Shown: one piece after another, positions 49,020-64,000 of the stretch
Layout of the letters: each line of letters starts with the position of its first letter
Position numbering within the stretch: the stretch's first letter is position 1
Assembly (NCBI GenBank): GCA_021432655.1
Contig: MU271403.1
Location: forward strand, 1 to 64,000
DNA length: 64,000 nt
Source of the DNA: Atractiella rhizophila
Lineage: Eukaryota
Direction: 5' to 3'
Made by a program: the position numbers and the translations under genes
Notes under the pieces: model-generated
What the model was told of the DNA's origin: nothing
What the model saw: only the letters and a program-made list of their open reading frames with translations
The model's database searches: none

Positions 49020-51948
49020 TCATAATCCCCAAGCTTCAATATTCCTGATCTCTAATCCTTCTCCATCTTTGACTTCACCAATGATCCATGCCTTCGATCC
49101 ATCTTTCGTAACCTCATTCAGGATAGTCTCCTCCATGCCCTTCTTGACAACTAGAAGAAGCCCGATTCCGCAGTTGAAGGTTCTGATCATTTCTACAGCC
49201 TCGACATTACCCTCTTTCGCCAGCCAGCCGAAGAGAGGCGGCAGATTCCATGCCTTGAGATCAATTAAACATCCTAAACTGGTCCCTTCAAACATTCTGG
49301 GTGCATTCTCCGGAAAGCCACCTCCTGTAATATGAGACATGGCAAGGATTGACCCTGGGCGAGACTTCAGGATGGGTAGGATCTGGGGAACGTAAATCTT
49401 GGTTGGTTCAAGGAGGGCATCAGCGATAGTCGTGCCATTGAGTGGAGGACATAAGGACGAGAGCGAAAGATTGGAGCGCGAGAGGATCTTTCGAACCAAG
49501 GAAAAACCGTTTGAGTGTATGCCAGACGATGACAGACCGATAATCTTGTCACCTTTGGACAGTTTACGACTAGGGAGGACTTGATCGCGTTCTACGGCTC
49601 CAACAGCAAACCCCGCAAGGTCATAGTCGTCTGAACGAAGTCACAACAATTAACGCTCATGGACACGCAGAGTAACTGAGAACGTACCGTCCTTGTACAT
49701 GTCAGGCATCTCTGCTGTCTCACCACCGATCAATGCGCAACCTGCTGTCTTGCATCCTTCCGCGACACCTTTGACAACCTCCACCGCCGTTTCCACAGTC
49801 AATCGATTACAAGCGAAGTAATCGAGGAAGAAAAGTGGTTCTGCTCCTTGGACTAAAAGATCGTTCACGCTCATTGCCACCAAATCGATACCTGGATTTA
49901 GATTTACACCATTAGCATCTTGATGGATGCAAATACGCACCAACGCCTTTATGCTTTCCTGCCTTACGCGCAAGTTCCAACTTGGTCCCTACACCATCAG
50001 TGCCAGCAACGAGTATGGGGTCTTTGTACCCGGTCTACATCACAGCGTCAAATTCCTGCGCAGGACGTCGAATAAAAGAACTAACCTGCTTCAAGTCAAA
50101 AAGCCCACCAAAACCTCCTATCTCAGCATTGCTTCCAGACCGTCTCGTGGTTTTAACGAAAGGTTTGATTGCCTTGACAAGCCTGACACCATTGTCGATG
50201 GATACTCCAGCGTCGGCATAGGTAAGTCCCTTCGATGTCGAAGCCCGCTTACCCGCCTCAATTGCCCTATAGCGTCACATTGCCTCAAAATTTGGCGGGA
50301 ATGAGAAACATTGCAAGCACGAACCGATAGCCAATGTCTTTTCGGAAGAAAGCCCCATCGAAGTCCACAAGCTTGCAAGCAGAATAAGCTTTCTCCCTAG
50401 CCTCCTCTAGCGTTTTCCCCGTTCCAACAATCGTCAGGACCCTTCCGCCGTTGGTGAGGAGCTTCCCTCCCTCGAATTTAGTGCCGGCATGAAAGATCTG
50501 GATATCTTCTGGGATTTCATACAGAGGCGGGATAGTGATGACCTGTCCCTTCTCATAGTCGCCCGGATAGCCCTTCGAACAAACGGACACTGACACAGCG
50601 TGAACGTCGTCGATCTCAAGGTCGACACAATCCAGGCGACGGTCGATGCATGCCACGATGAGTGCGGAAAGATCGGTGTTGGAGTTGAGGAGGGGAAGGA
50701 TCGTTTGGGTCTCGGGATCACCAAAGCGGACGTTGTATTCGAGAACCATGGGCTCACCTGAGGGGGTGAGCATGATGCCAGTGAAGAGCATTCCGACGAA
50801 GGGTTTCGCTATCTGACTTCCATCAGATTTCTAGCTCTCATAGAAATTGATATGTAAAAATGGAGCACTGACATTCTTTTCGCATGCCATACAGCGTCGG
50901 CACCAAGATTCGATCCATTACCTTCTTCTCCAGTTCCGCCGTCCACCAAATCCCGGCAGCGCCATCACCTTTCCTGACCGCATAGGCTCCCATGCCACCA
51001 GTCATTGGTCCAGTATCCCCTTCTCCCACACGCTTGTGATCTTGAGCGACACCGAGAATCTTCGCAGTGTAGCCGTCACAGAGAGCGAGGATAGAAAACT
51101 CCTGCCCCTCCACCACATCTTCCACCACGACTGCAGGTCTGAACGGTGTAGTCCGGGCAAACGAGGAAGGGTTCTTCAAATCGAAGAGGATATTTAGGTT
51201 CTCTACCGCTTGCTCGAGGGTGTAAGTAAGGTAGACACCTTTCCCCGAACAAAGCTGGGAAGCCTTCAAGACGATCCTTGGCTTCTCCTTCCCATCCACA
51301 CCAATGGGAGGCTCGCTATCCCACATGGGCAAAGATTTGACGTATTCCATGCAAGCCTCTTTATCGTCGAACGAGCGATGGTTGGAGGTTGGGACGTTGT
51401 AACGCTGCATGAAGTCCTTCGCCATCTGTTTAGAGCCTTCGAGCGCTGCCGCCGCGGTTGTCGGTCCGAAGAAGGGGATGTTGGCAGCTTTGAAGGCACT
51501 CTCGACCCCATCGACTAGAGGCTGCTCTGGTCCGACTATGACCAGGTTCACGTTAGAGGTGGCTGAGAAAGTGACGAGGCCATCAAAGTCGTCGACTTGG
51601 ATATTGACATTGACTGTGTTCTGGATGTCGATTATACCTCCGTTACCTATCCAGGGTCAAACCAACCATAAACCAACCATCCCGAAGCCCCTTCCTCTTC
51701 ACAAGGAGGAGAGAGAAAGGCGAACCAGGAGCAACAAAGATTTGATCGACCCTTGGGCTCTGTGCCAGCTTCCAAGCAAGAGCGTGTTCTCTCCCGCCTG
51801 ATCCAATAAGGAGTATTCTGAGCTTAGACGTGTCCAAATGGCGATAGAATTTCGAGTTGTCCGTTAGAGCTTGCTGATGAGGAGGGAAAGTAGAGGACGG
51901 GTTGTCCGGCTCGTATAAAGGCTCTGAGATTGAGAATGGAGGAGGCAT
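49020..51948 (-). CDS. ADE5,7: Bifunctional GAR synthetase / AIR synthetase
   Basis: [105 protein letters not shown] and RTFNCGIG. Confidence 0.96.
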
Positions 51949-53009
51949 TTTGTCTGTTAATCCAAACTTCGTCAGTCCTCTGCGCTCAGACATACAAGGC
52001 ATGTTCTTGGTATAACATCAGTCGCCTTTCTCTCTTGACCGCTAAATCCTATGAACATTCAACGCTGAACGCACTGAACGAAGGGATCAGGCTCAGCACA
52101 GGACGAACGGAGGGACCATTTATGTGAATATTGTAAACACACAGCATATGCACGCGTCGGACATCTGGGGTCCATGTTCATTTCAGCACGTCAGCATGAG
52201 CTGTAAAGCTTTGTAGATGAGCAATTAGCGTCCCGCCTAGGAGCCAGCTGTTCCCCATAAGATCTGCGATCCCCGCAATCTCGACAGGTCTGACTGTAGC
52301 TGTCTTGATTCTCCAATGGAGTCTGCTTCAGAAGCGTTCGTGGAGATCTGCATAAAAAGTTGAAGAGGCAGCTTGACATCCGTCGCCCTTCAATCAAACG
52401 TAACCACTCTGGTCTTTCACACTCCATCCAATAGGAATCAATATCATCAAATGGATAGTGCATTTTGCGCATAACTTCAAGCAGAATTGGCTCTACAGTG
52501 GGAGTTTTAAACCTCGCCCACACTCTCTCAGTTCAGATGACCTGAGGCGTGATCGGGAGCCACTCAGTTTTGTAAAGAACAATGCTGCAAGTAATCTAGA
52601 GGATTGCAGTGCATTGCTTGTGAATTCCATCTCCCAAACTTGGGGAGGAAAAGCGACAAAGGATCGTCGCAAACCAACTCGATACCCAGAGAACCACAGG
52701 AACAGATCACTCACCACGATCGTTGACGCTCCTTCAGCTTTGACACAAAGAGATCGGATCGAATAACGCGCGCTGACAAAGATTCTGGACGATATTCAAG
52801 CTGGGCGGAGAGCTGATCCTCGCTGGCGTCACGGTTTGGCCTGGTTTTGACTGACTGAACTGGGAAGAGATTTGGGTCCCGATCAAATTTTGACTTACCG
52901 AACGAACGGTGGGACCAACTTCTTCGTCACGTGCAGAAGGAAATATGGACGATAGGATGGAAAGCAATATTCATTACGTCTAAAGCATCTCGTTGCGTCC
53001 AGAGGATGC

Positions 53010-56064
<3,055 letters not shown>

Positions 56065-56390
56065 CTTTTATCGCTTCTTATAACTGTTACTCTAGTTCCC
56101 GCCTTTCGTATTCCTTTATAACTGAGATTGCCTCAGTAAGAGAGTAAGAGGATCCCTGCAAAATACAACTTAAAAATAACCAATACTCTGTTCAAAAAAG
56201 TTGAAGAGCGTACAGAAATCTCGTACGTACACATGTCTCTTGTTGCTTTTAAAATATCACGTGGTTATGTCATCATTACCAAACAGTGAAAAAGAACATT
56301 CCCATTATCGATATTATTGCAGTTATCACAGTCATTAGCGAACGAGAATAGAACGTCAGCTCAACGGCCTAAATCCAACGCCACGACGAA

Positions 56391-58756
56391 ATGTCGCAAC
56401 TTATCCTGGAAGAAGACGACCCTCGTCTTTACTCCCTCCACTCCCAATACATGGAGGTTAGTTGTCTGCTTTCTCTCAGGAATAAATTGTTCCTACATTG
56501 TGATGTTATAGACCAAGTTTAGATGGAACATCTCACGAGATAACAGTCTCGCGCTCCTTTCGCCCGTCAACGGACGCCTCAGACAAGCCATGATCCGCTC
56601 TCCCACCTTTGGAGCTCGCAGATGGCGCGTCATGTTGATGGTGCGTCATTTCATCATTTTATTTCCGTCTTATATCCTTTTTGTTGGAGGTACCTATCTG
56701 ATTCGCTGTTTCCAGCTGATAGAGCGGAAGCTAGTCGTTGCGCTCCAGACGGTCGTCACGGACGAAGATAGGGACATCGATCCCATCCAGACACACAGAT
56801 GGTGGAGCTCGTCCTCACCCAGCACGCTGACTATCGTCGAGGACCCACGGTACATGGTCGAGGTCCGTTTCCTCCTCAAACTTTCCTGCATCAGTCCTGC
56901 GAGGCTTTTATGCTGATCACTCGCTCTTTAGCTCCAACTCATCGACCAGAACGGTCACACCTCACAGATCGTCCAGACCGGAGGAGACCAGTTCCTGAAT
57001 AACCACCATGAGTCGGGGACGGAAGTCAGGTATCCCACACCTTCCCTTTCTCCTAAGCTCCAGCTCCACACTCATTGACCACTGCTCCTTCGAATGACAG
57101 AGTACATCTAATGGACGACCTCGAACCGGAAGGAAAGCCAATCTACAAACAACACCTCGAAGCCGTGTGTCCCCTCCATCCTGCCTCCCCCTCGTGTTGC
57201 CTCAAAAACTGAAACTTCGTGGAACAGGGCGGCAGTTTCCGAATGGAGATCTCCATCTTCGAATCGGGGCGGTTCAAGTCTTTATCATACGAAGAGGCGC
57301 ACCCGGAGAGTGTCGAGCTGAAGAAGTCGTTACAGGCTCAAGAGGCGCAGTGTCGGTTTCTGTCTCATTCCGCAAAATCCTTGCTTGTCACGTTGGACGA
57401 TGAGACTATGGCCGATACTGTGTTTGTGTTTTATCGAGGTAAAGAAAACGGAAAGGGAAGCGGTGGAGGAGAGACTGATACTGATAGAGAAGGGAGCAAA
57501 GGAGGAGATAAGGGGGAGAAGAGAATTTATGCTAAGATGTCGGTGTTGAAGACTCTATGCGAATACTTTGAGGACATGTTTGAGAGCGGACTGAAGGAGT
57601 GTACGGTCGATTGGGAGGAGGCGGAGGGAGGAGGAGCGAAACCATTGGAATGGAACAAGAAAGGGGAGGAAGGGAAGGAGGACGAGAATGGGAAGGAGGC
57701 GGAGGGTGACGTGAGGAGGAAAGCTGACGAGAGGATGTCAGTCAGCGAGGAGTCTTGTGCGTCTCACCTCCCTTGTTATCCCAATAACATGAGCTGAACC
57801 GACAGAGATAGCGACGGAGAGTGAGGACGAGGAAGGCCCAGACGATGACTCCGATATCGAGGAAGATGAATACGACTTCCATCCTCAAGCTGTACGTGTC
57901 TCTTCCACTGCCTCAAGCTATCGATGATGGTCTTTCTTTAGAGAAAAGAAGTGAACATCGCGAAGATGTCACAAGTACCCATCCGACACGCGGCGTACAT
58001 ATCCTACTATGCCCTCCTATACTTTCTCATCTCCGGGTAGGCCACTTCCATCCCTCCCCACTCCATGAATGGGAGCTGACATTTGCGTACGCGTCTGGTG
58101 AAAAGACGGATAGATTTTGCCTCCATCCGCTCCTCCTCATCCTCCACTTCGAGCATATCATCATCCACAGCTTCGTTAGTTCCCTCTACAGACAGGAGGA
58201 AGGTCCTATCTTCCCTACAAGAGGCAGGAGCGAACGAATTCGGGATCGCACCCTGTTACCCCGTCAGTCCAAAGTCGATGTACAAGCTCGCAGACCGTTT
58301 GTCACCTCAATCCCATCCCATCCATTTAGAATGTTTATTTGAGATGCTAAATTGGATGGTGGATAGGATACCGATTGGACTCTCTGAAGGAGCTGTGCTT
58401 CGTACACATCAAACAGTCCCTCGACGTCAATAACGTCGTGATTGAGATCTTTAGCGCGTTTTCGAGTACTTATGACAGTGTGAGGAAACTGCAGATTCAG
58501 TATTTGACCGAACACTGGGTGCGTCTTCCATCCCTCCCTGAATCGGTTAAAATAGCACGATTGACTGGGTCATTGTTTTGGTGGGATGTAGGAAGAAGTT
58601 AAGAATACAGTGCAGTGGAAGAACTTGGAGAACAACATCAGTCCCGGACAGATTTCGATTTGGTGAGCTTCTTATCCCCTTGAGTCGATTAGAGCGCGTT
58701 AGCTCATGCTGGATCTGTTGTGCAGGCGAGAAATATGTGAAAGCCTTCGTCCTTAA
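56391..58756 (+). CDS. BTB/POZ-domain protein (basidiomycete type), multi-exon
   Basis: ADTVFVF...RIYAKMSVLKTLCEYFEDMFESG, YYALLYFL, SPKSMYKLADR and LKELCFVHIKQSLDVNNVVIEIFSAFSSTY. Exon boundaries are approximate. Confidence 0.78.
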
Positions 58757-58974
58757 ATGCAGCTCAGTGCCTGGTTCCAGCGTCTGTAAAGTTGATACTC
58801 TTATGCTGTTGTTATTTTACGCATTGTTCGTAGTACTCTTGCATATGATCCGTCTTCTCATAATATCATATCAGTATCCCAATTATCCCATTTGGGACTT
58901 GAAATGAAACCTCAATCCCACGTGACATTTAACACCAACTTCTTCTTCGTCCAAGTCGGGAAGGTTCGACAAAG

Positions 58975-60507
58975 ATGTCGACGAAAAGCACTCTGCTCGC
59001 GCACCTGCTTAACTCGCTAGCCACTCTCCCAGGCACACACAGCTACACCCTTCGCATCCTGCGCTCGAGGCCCAAACGCTCGCACTCTGCCTTCCCCTAC
59101 GCGTCCAATCCCAACGCCAAAGTCTACGTCGAAGAGCTCCTCGTCCTCCTCACCTCAACCTCTGCCTCTACTTTACCCAACACTCGCACCACACCACATA
59201 ACCATGAACATCCACAAGAACACCCGCATGAAGGTGTGTCTGAACATAAATACGACCAAGAAGACGGCGTGCCAATCTTCGGCCTCGAAGCACACATCTA
59301 CACCGTCCCTAGCACCTCCACTGCGCTCGTCTACATCTCAAAAGTGGACACTACCGGCCTGCTCCCTCCCAATGAGGGCAAAGGGGCAGCGGGGACCATC
59401 ACCGCTGCGTTCGTGTCGTACTTCCTCTCTCATCCGCACCGAGGCGTGACATCCACGAGAATCCACGTCTTTGCACGCTCACAGAGCCAGTACCTGTTCC
59501 CTGGAAGCGCGGAGAACGTGCATAAGAAGGAGAGGTTGCTGGATGATAAACGCCTCTGTGGATGGTGGAAGCGTGTGCTGTCGGAAGGGATTGAGCGTGC
59601 TGGTCTTAAACTCACTTCTTCGCTTTCGGATAAGGTCGTGGCAGCTGGATCAGAGGAAGGACGAGTGCGAGCCTGGTTCTTGCTCCCAGGGTTCGAATAC
59701 ATAGAAGCGAAACGGTTCGTGAACGATGACAACTCCAGTGGATGGACGTACGGACACCCCTACACCACCCTCAGCTCTCCAGTGCCTCTTCCTACCTCTA
59801 CCCAATCCGAATCATCCGCTCTACCTCGACTGGGCGACCTCGTGCCCTCTTTCCCAGACGATCCAAAATCTCGTTTCCTCAACTCGCTCACAAGCTCCCG
59901 TCTGAACCCGGCGGGGGAGAGGAATGATTGGGACGAGGAGATGTACGGGTTGAGGACCGAAGGGGCGGGCTCGATGAAGAGGGTGGAGGTGGAGAGGGAG
60001 AGGGAGAGGGAGAGGAAACGGTTGGAAGAGGTCGAAGGCGGAGCGGACGAGTTTTGGGAGAGGATGGCGTGGAGACAGGAGTGCTGTGATGGACATGTTG
60101 GTGGATTCTTTGTCGTTGCGAGAGAGGAGAAGGAAAGTCTATCGTCGATTGGTGCTGGTGAACATACCGTTTCCCTCGCACCTCATCCCATGTCATTACC
60201 GACAGTCAACTACATTCCACTCTGGTCCACAGTCCACAACCTATCTTACACCACTCCATCCCTCCAATCTGGATCACTCGTAACCTCATTCGCTCGCTGG
60301 GTGGAAGAATTCAAAAGCTTAGCCACAAAAGAAGGATCTGAAGGAAGCGAAGAGGGCTGGAAAGCAGAATGCGAAGGTAAAATCCAGGTCAACAACAAAG
60401 ACGTAGATATTGGCACAGAGAAGGGAAAAGGAAAGAGGAAGGAAGCCGAGAAGGAGGAGCAGAAAGTCAATACGCTCGTCCCGAGAAAAAAGAAAAAGGT
60501 TGCTTGA
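58975..60507 (+). CDS. RTT109: Histone H3K56 acetyltransferase Rtt109 (single exon)
   Basis: VYISKVDTTG, HVFARSQSQYLFPGSAEN, LDDKRLCGWWKRVL, PSFPDDPKSRFL and EFWERMAWRQEC. Confidence 0.92.
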   Translation: MSTKSTLLAHLLNSLATLPGTHSYTLRILRSRPKRSHSAFPYASNPNAKVYVEELLVLLTSTSASTLPNTRTTPHNHEHPQEHPHEGVSEHKYDQEDGVPIFGLEAHIYTVPSTSTALVYISKVDTTGLLPPNEGKGAAGTITAAFVSYFLSHPHRGVTSTRIHVFARSQSQYLFPGSAENVHKKERLLDDKRLCGWWKRVLSEGIERAGLKLTSSLSDKVVAAGSEEGRVRAWFLLPGFEYIEAKRFVNDDNSSGWTYGHPYTTLSSPVPLPTSTQSESSALPRLGDLVPSFPDDPKSRFLNSLTSSRLNPAGERNDWDEEMYGLRTEGAGSMKRVEVERERERERKRLEEVEGGADEFWERMAWRQECCDGHVGGFFVVAREEKESLSSIGAGEHTVSLAPHPMSLPTVNYIPLWSTVHNLSYTTPSLQSGSLVTSFARWVEEFKSLATKEGSEGSEEGWKAECEGKIQVNNKDVDIGTEKGKGKRKEAEKEEQKVNTLVPRKKKKVA

Positions 60508-61292
60508 TATCTTGGTCCTTCTTGGTGTGCGTTCACTTCCTTTCCCTCATACGCATGAAAGAGAGGCTGATGCAGAGATAGATTCTTGGTTAGCAGGAGT
60601 TCTGGTTCTCATTTGTAATAACAAGCTGAATTTCTAACTTTCGACCATCTGACTTTGCAAGGGAAGAAACAATCATCCTAGCTTGATCTCCATCTCCATC
60701 TCTTCGACTTGTGCCATAGTCCTCATCCTCCTCTGCATGCCCTTGTGAATCGCAGGACTGACAGCTCATAGTGTCCCTAACTAGTAGACGTAGAGTCAGA
60801 AAGAAGTGGATGTTCAAGAGCTGGTGTGCGAGAGGACTTGGGAGTCGCGAGGAGAAACAAGATGGAGTAAACGGCGTAAAGCTTTCACTACCAGCATCTG
60901 ACAAAAGAGTATACCTTCCAATTTTCTGACTTTCGCCAAGGCTGTCACCACTGTTACAATGCTCCTGCCTTGGAGGATTACCGGGAGGGCAAGTTCTGAA
61001 CACTGCAAATGCTAAAGTATTGAGCAGGATTCTGAGAGGCAAGATTGATGATGACCATGTCATTATGCACCATTGAATATTGAACCTAAGCACGACAAAC
61101 GAATGACGAAAATTGATTAATACAACCGAATCAGGGTGAAAGATGCAAGCATGCGTAGATATCGTGTAACGTTACTTTACAGAAATAAAACGTGTCTGTT
61201 CCCCTGTCTCTGTCAGTGCTGGACGATCTGGTGGCACGGATCGGGGCAATACTCACCAGCAATGAACCTCATACCTCCGTTCACCTCTCCAC

Positions 61293-64000
61293 TCAGCTCC
61301 CGTCAGACGTGCCTTCATCCACGTTCACCTCCTCACTCACAGGTGCGGCTCTTCTTGCGGGCAATGGAGGAGGCTGAGAATTCCTGGGTTCCTGGTCAAT
61401 CGTTGCTTCCTCTTCGTTCTCTTTCGGCTTAAATGAATCGCTGCCTATCCCAAACCGATGGCTTTCATCCAGTTTCCTCGGCACCGCCATCATTGTCATC
61501 TTCCCATACATCGGTGTCGGAGGCGACATGCCATACGGTGAGGGTGATGGAGAGGAAGGAGTCGGGCTCTGAGGGATCTTAGGGAGTGGCAGAGTGACCG
61601 AGCCGTTTAACATCGTCGACACAGGGGTGGAAGTTGGCGGTGTTGGCGTAGAGGTCAAGGAAGCAGGGTACTGTGGTTTCGGAACATCGTAGGGATCATA
61701 TCTCTCCACCGTCCCCATGCGTGAAGAAGTAGAAGGAGGGGAGGAAAAGGCCGTGATCGATGTGGTTGGTACAGGCACCGGTGGGATGAACGTGCCCATG
61801 GACGTGGCAGAAATGCTTTTTCTCTTCTCGCGCGCTTGCTCCGAAGGATGTGGTCGTGACATCGGCTGATGGCTTTGAGGCGGAGGAGGGAGAGTCGGGA
61901 GGTCTAGAAGCGGCGCCACCTTGGCCGGGGTATATCCCTCCTCCTCATCCCTTAGTTTCGACGCCCTATAATCCTTGTAACTGACTTCTCTCTCTCCTCC
62001 ATTTAGGTGCCCAGCCCCCACATCGAATTTGAGAGGATCCCTCTCCAGCTCCTCTGCCTCTTCCCCGCCTCCACCAATCGGTGTCCCGCTACCGCTCCCG
62101 TTCATCGAAGGAGAGGGGGAATTACCGGCCATCTTTCTCTTCTCCGCCCAATTCTTTCCCCACTTCCTCATCGCGTCCATTCCCGCCGCTATGGCCTGCT
62201 TATCCGTCGCCTTCGCTTTCCAAGTATTGAATACCGAACTTGCAGAGCTATTAGAAGGAGAGGCGGACAGATTCGACGGCGATCCAGACGACATAGTAGA
62301 AGCGGAGGAGGAGGGGAGGTTTAGACTGCCACGGTCGACGGACATCGAGGACTCGTGTCGGCGGGGCGGAAGGGCCGGAGGATGGAGAGGTTTCTTGGGG
62401 GTCGACGTTGATGTGGTTGCGGAGGTGGTTGAAGTCCTGGAAGAGGTTGACGGTGAGCGACCGAGTGGGAATTCCACAGAAGCAAGCTCTGTCGATGACG
62501 GTATTGATGTTAAGGTGGAGTCGGTTGGGGGATTAGCATTAGGAGCAGAAGGTGCAGAATTGGTCCGAGTTCTTTGTTCTCGCTCTCCATCCTCCTCTTC
62601 CTCCCTCGAGATCTCAGGGACGACGGCGCTCTTGGACCTCTCCCTTGTTGGACTAGCGACCTCAGGTTCGTCCTCTTCCCGGCTGCTCTCTTCCACAGCT
62701 AAGAGCGCGTCGTGCCGTTCAGGGGTCTCCACCGTAGGTAGGGGCAATGTCACCACATTTTCTGTCCTCCCGCTCACATCCACACCTGCTCCCTCCTTCT
62801 TCAATATCTCTCTCAGTGTCCCAACCGCATCTCTCTCCTTTCTCTCCTCTCCCTCACCCACGTCCTCCGCCACACTCGACGGTCTACTCCGTTTACCGCT
62901 ACCTGCAGCAAAAATTGATGGGTGTTTGAGATCCCTGTTAGGATGTGGGGAAGCGGAGGCGGGAGAATCATCTTTCTTCCCAATCGAAGAGAACCAGCTC
63001 TTCCGTCTACTATGTTCCCGCTCCCCATTCACCCCTATTGAAGAGGAAGAAGCGTTCGTTGATTCACGGAGTGTTGCAGCACGATTCGCAGCCCAAGACG
63101 AGAGTGAGAATGAGGAAGAGGAGCCTTCAGGATTAGAGAAGAGAGGGGCGGATTTGGCCGAGCTAGGTTTCTCCTTCCTATTCCTTAGCCTTTCGTCCTT
63201 TTCAATCCCCACACCTGTCCCTTCCGTCCTCTCGTCCTCTGACGAGTTGTTGTTCGTCTGAGGGGAAGATGAGGAAGCAGTCGCGGTCTCGCGTTCTAAT
63301 TCGTCTACAGTGTGCACCTCGCTCGGTTTTGTCGGTATCGTCCTCTCTTTCCGAAGGGCTGGTGCCCACAGTCCACCTCGTTGAGGATACCCTGCAGTAT
63401 TGAAGAATGGTATATCGTCCAGATGGGGCACGACCAAGGACTCGGCAATCTGGCGAACCCACCAAATCAACCTCATACTCATCACAGGGGCAAAGAGCGG
63501 TTGTGTTAATTTGGGAGAGCGAAGTGAGACTTACCACTTCTCGTATGCGCAACTCGATCTGATTCAATATCATCCCCCACCCAATCTTCCTCTGACTGAC
63601 CACCGGTTCCGTAGCCATCGTTATCCTAGGCATGGTTGCGAATCCGAACCAGAGCCTATTCGACGGCGGTTTCTTGATCTTGAGCACCAGTTGGCCCTCC
63701 AGCTCCTTCAAGACGACGGCGAGGACGAGGGGTACGGAGTACGATTTGAGCCTCTGACCCAGGTTGATCGTCGCCACCGCCTCGATCGTTATCCGCACTT
63801 CTCCCTTGTACGACACGTCGAGCGACATGCTCGCCTCCCCCTGGGCGGTCAAGTCTTGAAGCAGAGGTCGAGTGAAGATGGGGACTGAGTTGCCGACGGA
63901 CACTTCTCGTATTTGAACGTCGGAAAGGAACGTCGGCTTCTTGACCCGGTTGATCTTCCGCATCAACCTGGAAATGATCCAGGCCTCGATGGCTTCGGTG
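61293..64000 (-). CDS. NVJ2: SMP-domain membrane-contact-site protein, Nvj2-like (5' part outside window)
   Basis: RKINRVKKPTFLSDVQIREVSVG, LVLAVVLKELEGQLVLKIKKPPSNRLWFGF, EPVVSQRKI and IAESLVVPHLDDIPFF, followed by a long disordered Ser/Pro-rich tail. Confidence 0.85.

Noticed and set aside
52191..52967. Short minus-strand ORFs between ADE5,7 and SPB1
   Set aside because: Could not be joined into a convincing spliced model or matched to any family.
62029..63261. 410-aa antisense ORF opposite the NVJ2-like gene (similar antisense ORFs occur over SPB1, the PB1 gene and XRN2)
   Set aside because: Shadow ORFs of Ser/Glu/Pro-rich coding sequence.

Overview
Gene-dense, intron-rich fungal genomic DNA, most likely a basidiomycete, with mostly 45-70 nt GT-AG introns. 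The two ends carry conserved housekeeping genes: mitochondrial aspartate aminotransferase, RAC1, COQ4, XRN2/RAT1, an AreB/Dal80-type GATA factor, IMP4, a DUF1399 gene, ARG4, RPB6, TAF1, ADE5,7, SPB1, a BTB gene, RTT109 and a partial NVJ2-like SMP gene. The middle (~21.5-41 kb) is an accessory, rearranged zone. It holds a 2,068-bp head-to-tail duplication of a Pro/Gln-rich, highly divergent cyclin-fold gene, and a decayed MDR dehydrogenase. It also holds an ORF-intact Ty1/copia element with a truncated 5' LTR between two diverged ~0.9-kb direct repeats, followed by an aldo-keto reductase / Zn2Cys6 / amidohydrolase trio. Three unusually long introns appear to host structured RNAs: a clear snR66-like box C/D snoRNA in IMP4 intron 1, an unidentified ~670-nt extensively base-paired RNA candidate in the 814-nt TAF1 intron 1, and a stem-closed element ending in ACA in an ARG4 5'-UTR intron. 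All calls were made by eye from motifs; no searches were run.
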